Positions 25,117-32,000 of a stretch of DNA of 32,000 nucleotides are shown one piece after another. The stretch is from an uncultured Erysipelotrichaceae bacterium (GTDB taxonomy: Bacteria; Bacillota_I; Bacilli_A; Erysipelotrichales; Erysipelotrichaceae). The stretch's first letter is position 1; every line of letters begins with the position of its first letter. The stretch is taken from contig OW818668.1 in assembly GCA_942493105.1 (NCBI GenBank), forward strand, positions 1,470,001-1,502,000, written 5' to 3'. A program made the translations under genes and the position numbers. The notes below the pieces were generated by a model. It was not told where the DNA came from. It saw nothing but the letters and a program-made list of their open reading frames with translations, and searched no databases.

Positions 25117-25127
25117 TGGTCAGACCA
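25117..25127. promoter_or_regulatory. Predicted FadR/LldR-type GntR operator palindrome TGGTCAGACCA
   Basis: Perfect 5-1-5 inverted repeat TGGTC-A-GACCA. It lies between the -10 box and the regulator's ATG (25131), about +4 to +20 relative to the likely transcription start. It fits the TnGTnnnACnA consensus of FadR-subfamily GntR regulators. Confidence 0.55.
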
Positions 25128-25130
25128 GTT

Positions 25131-25811
25131 ATGAAAACAAACAAAACAAGTGATGATATCATCGATCTGATGATTCGAAAAATCGCAGATGGGGAATGGA
25201 AAACAGGTGATCTTTTGCCTGGAGAGCGTCTTTTAAGCGAGGAATTCAATGTTTCTAGGGCATTGCTTAGAGAAGCTTTAATTGCATTACAGCTGTTAGG
25301 TTTAATTAAAGTAAGACATGGTGGTAAACGAGAAGTAGCTTCATTTAGTTATCGACCAATTTCAGCTTTGATGGCCATGTCACTTCAAAACGAGGCTCAC
25401 TTTGAACCCGACCTGCTTCATTTTAGAACCTTGTTGGAATGTGAAGCCGTAAAATTGGCTTGTGAACAAGAAGAAAGTGAAAAACTGATTCAGATTTCTA
25501 AAGTTATGGAGAATATTAGTCCTAACTCTGAGTCAGAAGCCACTGCCTTGGATATTGAATTTCATCAGGAGTTGTTTCGCTTAAGTCGAAATATCTTTCT
25601 GATCAAGACTTCTGAATTGATTGAGGAGTTATTAAAACATTCTGTTAGTTTCAATCGAACAAAAATTCTAATCAATGAAAATTATCGCTTGGTGTTAATT
25701 GATCAGCATCAGCAAATAGCCTTAGCTATAAAACATAAAGATCCAGTATTGGCTGTGAAAATAATGCTTGAACATCTTCAAACCGTCAATACCGTAGAGG
25801 AAATACAATGA
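25131..25811 (+). CDS. GntR-family transcriptional regulator, FadR subfamily (FCD ligand domain); LctA/LldR-like
   Basis: Frame of ORF 25080-25811, with the start moved to ATG 25131 because the upstream part is the pnp terminator and promoter. The winged-HTH reads LPGERLLSEEFNVSRALLREALIALQLLGLI, followed by an all-helical C-terminal domain. Confidence 0.8.
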   Translation: MKTNKTSDDIIDLMIRKIADGEWKTGDLLPGERLLSEEFNVSRALLREALIALQLLGLIKVRHGGKREVASFSYRPISALMAMSLQNEAHFEPDLLHFRTLLECEAVKLACEQEESEKLIQISKVMENISPNSESEATALDIEFHQELFRLSRNIFLIKTSELIEELLKHSVSFNRTKILINENYRLVLIDQHQQIALAIKHKDPVLAVKIMLEHLQTVNTVEEIQ

Positions 25812-26617
25812 ATATTCTGGTTTGCATAAAACAAGTTCCAGCTTCTCAAAATGTTAAGATCGATCCCAACACTTGTTCTTTGATGCGTTGGGCATCCAGT
25901 ACTAAAATGAATCCTTTTGATTTGATAGCTCTAGAAGCTGCTTTGCAACTTAAAGATAAACTGGAAGCCAACATCACAGTGATCACAATGGGACCTTCAC
26001 AGGCGAAAGCTGTATTGATTGAGGCATTGGCTATGGGAGTGGATGAAGCTGTTTTAATTAGCGATCGTGCATTTGCCGGTGCAGATGTTTTAGCAACATC
26101 ACATACACTGGCCTATGCGATACAGAGTCTGCCCAAAACTTTTGATTTGATTTTGTGCGGTCAACAAACCACAGATGGAGATACAGCACAGGTTGGACCT
26201 TCAATTGCGGCTCTTTTGCATCTTCCACATATCAGTTTTGTTAGAGATTTGGTGGTACGAGACAATGAATTTGAAGTCTCTACGATCATCAATGATGACC
26301 ATATCATCTCATCTATAACCAAACCTTGTTTATTGACCATCGATAAAGATTTTGCTCAAGCTCGCTATCCATCTTACTGGCGTCTTAAGGAGATTGAAAA
26401 AACATCCCTTAAAATCATCACCCTTGAAGATATGAATGATCCAGATGCGATCAATCATGTGGGTCAGATTGGATCACCGACTTCAGTCCAAAGAATATTT
26501 CCGCCTGTTCATGATGGTGTAACCCAACAATTGAGTGGTAGACCTGCTGTGATCGTCGATGCGTTGATGGACTATCTTAAATCTGAGCATTTGATCCATG
26601 GAGGAAGCCATGAGTAG
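25808..26617 (+). CDS. etfB: Electron transfer flavoprotein beta subunit
   Basis: 269-aa ORF: MNILVCIKQVP...NPFDLIALEAALQLK...LILCGQQTTDGDTAQVGP. Its ATGA start overlaps the regulator stop. Confidence 0.9.
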   Translation: MNILVCIKQVPASQNVKIDPNTCSLMRWASSTKMNPFDLIALEAALQLKDKLEANITVITMGPSQAKAVLIEALAMGVDEAVLISDRAFAGADVLATSHTLAYAIQSLPKTFDLILCGQQTTDGDTAQVGPSIAALLHLPHISFVRDLVVRDNEFEVSTIINDDHIISSITKPCLLTIDKDFAQARYPSYWRLKEIEKTSLKIITLEDMNDPDAINHVGQIGSPTSVQRIFPPVHDGVTQQLSGRPAVIVDALMDYLKSEHLIHGGSHE

Positions 26618-27803
26618 GATAGTGATTAACCATGATGCTTGTACCTTATGCGAAGTGTGTATCAGTTCCTGTCCTTTCAACGCCATGGAACTTTTAAACG
26701 CTAAGATTGAAATCAATTCTAACTGTAAAGTTTGCTCGATCTGTGTTAGAAATTGTCCTCAACACATCATCAAAAAAGTAGAAGAGGAATATTATCAAGT
26801 TGATAAAGCGTTATATAAAGATATTTTTGTCATAGGTGAGATGAAACAAGGGGAACTTCATCCGGTCACTTTAGAACTTTTAGGTAAGGCAACGCAATTG
26901 GCTCTCAAAATAAATTTTAAAGTAGGATGCATCTTATATGGATCACAACTTAATGGAGCTGCACTAGAATGTTTGGCTGGGGGGGCTGATGTCGTTACTT
27001 TGATTGAACATGATGAATTGGTTTACTTTAAAAGTGATCTTATCGCAACTTTAGTCAGTAATCACATTCAAGAAATAAAACCTTGTGTGGTTTTGATAGG
27101 GGCAACTTCCAATGGAAGATCTTTAGCGCCTCGAATCGCAGCGACTTTAAAAACTGGTTTAACTGCTGACTGTACATATCTTGACATCAAGCCTGATACA
27201 GACCTGATCCAGCGTCGTCCTGCCTTTGGCGGTAATATTATGGCTGATATCATTACGACTCATCATCGACCTCAAATGGCTTCTGTACGATATAAAGTAT
27301 TTAATCAAAATAAACCATTGATTCATCCGACAGGCATCATAAGAAAATTAAACTTAAGGGATGAAGATTTGATTTCGAAAATAAAAATCCTCAAAATCAA
27401 TCATCAGACGATCTCCGAAAACATCACTGAAGCCAAACGCATTATCGTTGTGGGAGTAGGGATGTCTGACCCACAAGGTTTAAAACTTATTCAAGAATTG
27501 GCCAGTCTTCTACAGGCAACGATAGCGTATACGAGACCTTTGATTGAAAAAGGAATTGCGACATATACTCATCAAATCGGCTTATCTGGAAGAACTGTAC
27601 AACCAGAATTATTGATTGCTTGTGGAGTCAGCGGAGCCATACAATTTGTATCCGGTATGGAAAAAAGTGAACGCATCATTGCGATCAATACAGATCCCAA
27701 TGCAGAAATATTAAAAGTAGCTCATGTTGGAGTGATTGGGGATGGGTATGAAATCATTCCCAAATGGATAGATGCTTTAAAGAAAGGATCGTACCATGTA
27801 TAA
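26610..27803 (+). CDS. etfA: Electron transfer flavoprotein alpha subunit with an N-terminal 2x[4Fe-4S] ferredoxin domain
   Basis: Two CxxCxxCxxxCP motifs (CTLCEVCISSCP from 26640 and CKVCSICVRNCP ending at 26759) are followed by a normal EtfA (...IACGVSGAIQFVSGM...). I chose ATG 26610 as the start because GGAGG lies 5 nt upstream; ATG 26598 is the alternative. The gene overlaps the end of etfB. Confidence 0.88.
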   Translation: MSRIVINHDACTLCEVCISSCPFNAMELLNAKIEINSNCKVCSICVRNCPQHIIKKVEEEYYQVDKALYKDIFVIGEMKQGELHPVTLELLGKATQLALKINFKVGCILYGSQLNGAALECLAGGADVVTLIEHDELVYFKSDLIATLVSNHIQEIKPCVVLIGATSNGRSLAPRIAATLKTGLTADCTYLDIKPDTDLIQRRPAFGGNIMADIITTHHRPQMASVRYKVFNQNKPLIHPTGIIRKLNLRDEDLISKIKILKINHQTISENITEAKRIIVVGVGMSDPQGLKLIQELASLLQATIAYTRPLIEKGIATYTHQIGLSGRTVQPELLIACGVSGAIQFVSGMEKSERIIAINTDPNAEILKVAHVGVIGDGYEIIPKWIDALKKGSYHV

Positions 27804-29193
27804 ACAAATAGACCAATCAGATTTAGACTTTCTCATTCATGTATGTGGAAAAGATCGTGTTTTAGTGAATCTGCCTGATGGTTTTAATCACGATGAAATG
27901 CCCATCTATGGAGAAGGCAACGGGGAAGTTGCAGTCTATGTCATAAACTCTAAGGAAGTCTCAGACATATTACGTTATGCGAATGCCCATCATATTGCAG
28001 TAACGACCAGAGGATCAGGAACAGGTTTAGTTGGATCCTGTGTTCCGCTCCATAAAGGTATTATTCTTTCTACGGTGAAAATGAATAAAATAATCTCAAT
28101 CGATCCGACAAAAATGACTGCTGTGGTTGAGCCTGGCGTATTATTGATGAAGCTTGCTGCAGAAGTCGATCTGAAAGGATTGATGTATCCACCAGATCCA
28201 GGCGAAAAAAGTGCTACCATCGGTGGCAATGCTGCCACCAATGCGGGAGGAATGCGTGCTATCAAATATGGCGTAACCCGTGATTACATCAAAGCATTAG
28301 AAGTAGTTTTGGCTTCAGGAGAAATCGTTAATTTTGGAAAAGGAGTAGCCAAAGAAAGTTCGGGTTATGCGCTCAAAGATTTGATGATTGGATCAGAAGG
28401 GACCTTGGGGATCATTACTCAGTTGACTTTAAAATTGATTCCAAAACCAACTCTTAATGTCTCATTACTGGTCCCTTTTGGAGATATCCGATCTTGTTTA
28501 GCAGCCGTTCCTTACGTTGTTCAATTACCTGATACTTGTACGACTTTGGAATTTATGGAGAAAGAAGTGCTCGATGATGCGAAAGAATACTTGGGTAAAG
28601 ACTTTCCGGATCGTCACTATCCGGCCTATTTGATTTTGACCTACAGTGCTTCTTCACAAAGCCAACTCGATTCGATGATTGCTTCAGCATCAGATTTATT
28701 AAAAACGTTAGATGCTAAAGATGTGTTTTTATCAGATACTGTTGAAAGACAAAACGCATTATGGAATACCAGAGGCGCCTTCCTAGAGGCCATCAAAAAT
28801 TCAACATCACTCATGGATGAAGCAGATGTCGTTATGCCAATTACAAGGATCGCTGATTATCTTGATTATATTAAAGAGTTATCGATTCAATATAATGTTC
28901 GTATACGAACCTTTGGTCATGCTGGTGATGGAAATCTGCATGTTTATGTTTGTAAAGATCATATTGAAAATGAACAATGGAATAAAATCCTACCTATTAT
29001 CATGGATGATCTTTATCAAAGAACACTAGAAGAAAATGGGGCAGTTAGCGGTGAACACGGGATTGGTCACGCTAAAAAGTCCTATCTAGAAGTTTCTGTT
29101 GGTTCAACACAAATCAATTTGATGCGAGAAATTAAACATATTTTTGATCCAAACAGTATATTAAATCCAGATAAGATCATTGATCTAAACTAA
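27796..29193 (+). CDS. FAD-linked oxidase/dehydrogenase of the GlcD / D-lactate dehydrogenase family (LctD-like)
   Basis: 465-aa ORF with an FAD_binding_4-type N-terminal domain (RGSGTGLVGSCVP, GGNAATNAGGMRAIKYG) and a C-terminal motif SGEHGIGHAKK. It overlaps the end of etfA by 8 nt. Confidence 0.85.
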   Translation: MYKQIDQSDLDFLIHVCGKDRVLVNLPDGFNHDEMPIYGEGNGEVAVYVINSKEVSDILRYANAHHIAVTTRGSGTGLVGSCVPLHKGIILSTVKMNKIISIDPTKMTAVVEPGVLLMKLAAEVDLKGLMYPPDPGEKSATIGGNAATNAGGMRAIKYGVTRDYIKALEVVLASGEIVNFGKGVAKESSGYALKDLMIGSEGTLGIITQLTLKLIPKPTLNVSLLVPFGDIRSCLAAVPYVVQLPDTCTTLEFMEKEVLDDAKEYLGKDFPDRHYPAYLILTYSASSQSQLDSMIASASDLLKTLDAKDVFLSDTVERQNALWNTRGAFLEAIKNSTSLMDEADVVMPITRIADYLDYIKELSIQYNVRIRTFGHAGDGNLHVYVCKDHIENEQWNKILPIIMDDLYQRTLEENGAVSGEHGIGHAKKSYLEVSVGSTQINLMREIKHIFDPNSILNPDKIIDLN

Positions 29194-29251
29194 CCATTGA
29201 ACTCTATTCAACCTTAGCACTCCTGTGTTAGAATATTACGGAGGTAAAACC

Positions 29252-30631
29252 ATGGACTTCTATCAAGCAGCTGTCAATAAAAAAGATGATTTAATAAAGA
29301 CTTTACAAGAGTTGGTACAGATTCCATCTTTATCAGATCCTTCAACTGTTGCCCCCAATGCACCTTTTGGTAAGGCATTAAGAGAAGCTTTGGATTATAT
29401 GCTCAATCGTGGTAGGACTGATGGGTTTAAAGTCAGAGACTTACAAGGTTATGCAGGTGTCATAGAATTTGGCGAAGGAACAGAAATCATGGGCATATTA
29501 GGGCATTTGGATGTCGTTCCGGTTGGGAATGGTTGGAGTGTCGATCCTTTTTCTGCCACCTTAAAAGATGGCTATATCCTAGGCAGAGGTTCTCAAGATG
29601 ATAAAGGACCCAGTGTGGCTGCCTATATGGCTATGAAGATATTAAAAGATTCAGGTTTTGTCCCAAAAAAACGCGTCTTCATGATATTAGGAACAGATGA
29701 AGAAAGCGGTATGGCGTGTATGAAATATTATAAGAAGCATGGAGAAATCCCTGATTTTGGATTTGTTCCTGATGCAGAATTTCCAGTAATTTACGGAGAA
29801 AAGGGTATCCTTCAACTCTCTATTAAAGGCAATCGTTCAACGCAGATCATTTCGCTAAAAGCAGGTGAGAGACCTAACATTTGTATTGGGGAAGCCTCAG
29901 TCATCATGAGTGGAAAAGCCAAAACAGAATTGTTTGATTTCTATTTAAAAACCAATCATGTGAGTGGTCATATAGAAGATACTGAAGCAGGGGTAGCTTA
30001 TTTTATAAAAGGGAAATATGCGCATGGCTCAATGCCTCAAGAAGGCATCAATGCTGCATGGCATTGTTTGAATTTTGTTGGTTCTGCTTATGATGATGAA
30101 ACGGCATTTGAATTGGCTCATCTCTTAAAAGAATATCGCGGAGATGATTTAGGGATACGGATCTTTGGATCACATATGGGATTTCTAACCGTTAATTTGG
30201 GCATGATCAATATTGCGAATCATCAAATTGACCTTGTCTTGGATATTCGTTATCCCCAAGAAACCAACGAAATCACGATCTTAACGAATATTCAAAAAGC
30301 TTTAGATAACAAATGCCCTGAACTCAAAGTTTCAATCAAGGAACACAAAGGTCCTTTATTTGTCGATCCTAAAAGTAAACTTGTATCAACCCTTGAGAAA
30401 ATTTACCGTGACTATAGCCAAGATCATCAGAGTCAATTGATGACCATGGGGGGGGGGACTTATGCGCGCTCTTTTGACAATTTCGTAGCTTTTGGAGCTG
30501 AATTTCCCTTAAAGAAACGTCCATCTTGGGTAGGCAATGTTCATCAAGCTGATGAAGGTTATGAGATTGAACAATTGGTGATGGCTACCGCAATCTATGC
30601 TCAAGCCATTTATGATTTGACAAGTAACTGA
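29252..30631 (+). CDS. pepV: M20-family dipeptidase PepV
   Basis: Frame of ORF 29225-30631, with the start moved to ATG 29252 (RBS GGAGG at 29240-29244). Motifs present: GHLDVVP, GRGSQDDKG, GTDEESG and GGGTYAR. A candidate extended -10 TGtTAGAAT lies at 29226-29234. Confidence 0.85.
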   Translation: MDFYQAAVNKKDDLIKTLQELVQIPSLSDPSTVAPNAPFGKALREALDYMLNRGRTDGFKVRDLQGYAGVIEFGEGTEIMGILGHLDVVPVGNGWSVDPFSATLKDGYILGRGSQDDKGPSVAAYMAMKILKDSGFVPKKRVFMILGTDEESGMACMKYYKKHGEIPDFGFVPDAEFPVIYGEKGILQLSIKGNRSTQIISLKAGERPNICIGEASVIMSGKAKTELFDFYLKTNHVSGHIEDTEAGVAYFIKGKYAHGSMPQEGINAAWHCLNFVGSAYDDETAFELAHLLKEYRGDDLGIRIFGSHMGFLTVNLGMINIANHQIDLVLDIRYPQETNEITILTNIQKALDNKCPELKVSIKEHKGPLFVDPKSKLVSTLEKIYRDYSQDHQSQLMTMGGGTYARSFDNFVAFGAEFPLKKRPSWVGNVHQADEGYEIEQLVMATAIYAQAIYDLTSN

Positions 30632-30632
30632 C

Positions 30633-31259
30633 ATGCGGATGCGTAATAAACCTTGGGCTCAAGATTTCTTGATGCACCATCCAAAAGCTGTATTGGATCC
30701 AAAACCTAACAAAGGGTTTTGGAAAGATAAATATCAAAAATTGATTCTTGAGATTGGCAGTGGAAAAGGCCAATACATTTTTGATTTAGCAAAAGCTCAT
30801 CCCGAGTATCGTTTCATTGCCTTAGAGAAAGATAAGAATGTTTCAGCGACTGCCTTAAAAAAACCTGAAGTACTAGAGTTAAGTAACTTAGTTTGGATCA
30901 ACAATGGGGCAGAATTGCTTCATGAATGGTTTTCTGAAGGGGAACTCGATGAGATCCATCTTAATTTCAGTGATCCTTGGCCAAAGAAACACCATGAGAA
31001 ACGTCGATTAACCTCCAAGACCTTTGTACCTGGATTTCTTAAACTGTTAAATCAAAACGGACTCATTAAGTTTAAAACTGACAATCAAAAACTGTTTGAA
31101 TATACGATCTTACAGATGCAGGATTATGCCTTGGAGATGGTTTTCTTTAGTGTCAATTATATTCATGATCCTAAAGAAGAAGATGCTTATACAGAATATG
31201 AGATGAAATTCAATGCGCTCAATCAACCGATATATCGTGCAGTCTGGAGGAAGAAATGA
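30633..31259 (+). CDS. trmB: tRNA (guanine46-N7)-methyltransferase
   Basis: 208-aa ORF with LEIGSGKG (SAM-binding) and NFSDPWPKKHHEKRRL motifs. Confidence 0.9.
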   Translation: MRMRNKPWAQDFLMHHPKAVLDPKPNKGFWKDKYQKLILEIGSGKGQYIFDLAKAHPEYRFIALEKDKNVSATALKKPEVLELSNLVWINNGAELLHEWFSEGELDEIHLNFSDPWPKKHHEKRRLTSKTFVPGFLKLLNQNGLIKFKTDNQKLFEYTILQMQDYALEMVFFSVNYIHDPKEEDAYTEYEMKFNALNQPIYRAVWRKK

Positions 31260-32000
31260 AACTTAGCCAAGAAACATTAGATTTGATGAAGGAATTGACA
31301 CAAGCTTTTGGGATACCGGGAGATGAAAAAGAAGTCAGCAGGATTTTATCTGCCTACTACAAAGAACTTGCTGATGAAGTCATCTATGATAATCTTGGAT
31401 CAGTTTTCGCAATCAAGAAGAGTGTGAATCCAAAGGCAAAAACTTTAATGATTGCTGGTCATATGGATGAGGTAGGTTTCATTGTCACCAAAATCAACGA
31501 GAAGGGCTCTTTAAGCATTACACCCATGGGTGGATGGTGGAATCAAACCTTGTTGGGACAAAGAGTCTTGATTAAGACAAAAAGCGGTAAAAAGATAAAA
31601 GGGACCATCGGTTCAATTCCACCTCATCTATTGACCGAGAAAGAACGTAATGCTCCAACTGAGATTAAAAATATGTTGGTCGATATTGGTCAAACCTCAA
31701 AGAAAGAAGCTGAAGACTGTGGGATTTATTGTGGGGCACCAGTTATTTTAGAAGGATCGTTTGAGATTTTAGAAGGGGATCAACGTTTATTATCTAAAGC
31801 CTGGGATAATCGATATGGATGCATCATGGGTATTGAGTTGCTTCGGGAATTAAAAGATGTACAACTGGATGTTAATCTGGTCGTTGGGGCAACGGTTCAA
31901 GAAGAAGTTGGGATCCGTGGTGCACAGACTTCAGCCTATATGATCAAACCAGATGCAGCCATTGTCTTTGATTGCTCACCAGCCAATGATGCCTCCGGAG
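31256..32000 (+). CDS. M42-family aminopeptidase (glutamyl aminopeptidase / YsdC-like), N-terminal part; the gene runs off the window end
   Basis: My translation from ATG 31256 (ATGA overlap with the trmB stop) reads MKLSQETLDLMKELTQAFGIPGDEKEV...IAGHMDEVGFIV...WDNRYGC...VQEEVGIRGA. The frame stays open to the window end, so it is not in the ORF track. Confidence 0.8.
   Translation, partial: MKLSQETLDLMKELTQAFGIPGDEKEVSRILSAYYKELADEVIYDNLGSVFAIKKSVNPKAKTLMIAGHMDEVGFIVTKINEKGSLSITPMGGWWNQTLLGQRVLIKTKSGKKIKGTIGSIPPHLLTEKERNAPTEIKNMLVDIGQTSKKEAEDCGIYCGAPVILEGSFEILEGDQRLLSKAWDNRYGCIMGIELLRELKDVQLDVNLVVGATVQEEVGIRGAQTSAYMIKPDAAIVFDCSPANDASG

Noticed and set aside
1-32000. Search for CRISPR arrays, IS elements or transposases, integrases, prophage genes, toxin-antitoxin pairs, tRNA/rRNA genes and defence islands
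   Set aside because: No intergenic region exceeds about 400 nt. I saw no direct-repeat arrays or terminal inverted repeats, and no ORF has recombinase, nuclease-defence or toxin hallmarks. All long ORFs are accounted for by recognisable housekeeping or metabolic families.

Overview
The window looks like core chromosome from a low-GC Bacillota-type bacterium. GC is roughly 35-40% by eye, and the standard genetic code applies because TGA ends fmt, comEA, lepA and trmB at normal lengths. I count 33 protein-coding genes, two of them cut by the window edges, and no rRNA, tRNA, CRISPR array, transposase, integrase or long repeat.

Most genes are housekeeping and follow blocks I recall from Bacillus:
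- mnmA-x-recD2
- alaS, an IreB-family gene (UPF0297), ruvX, DUF1292, mltG, udk, greA
- comEA-comEC-holA-rpsT
- lepA-hemW
- rpsO-pnp

The sporulation genes and comEB that sit inside those blocks in B. subtilis are absent. T-box leaders precede trpS (specifier UGG) and alaS (specifier GCC).

The non-core content is:
- a CPBP intramembrane protease
- a GAF-GGDEF diguanylate cyclase
- an Spx-like protein with a Cys-rich C-terminal extension
- a FolT-like ECF S-component fused into the fmt-lepA operon
- a small MazG-like gene between lepA and hemW
- an orphan 116-aa gene between rpsO and pnp
- a four-gene GntR/EtfB/EtfA-ferredoxin/FAD-dehydrogenase cluster that matches the electron-confurcating lactate dehydrogenase (Lct) system and carries a predicted operator

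I found no convincing novel multi-gene system such as a defence island. The points most worth a second look are small-scale:
- a G10 tract inside pepV
- the greA terminator hairpin that encloses the comEA start codon
- a GATC density about 2.5-fold or more above expectation
- the Spx tail
- the orphan gene
- the Lct-like operon and its operator
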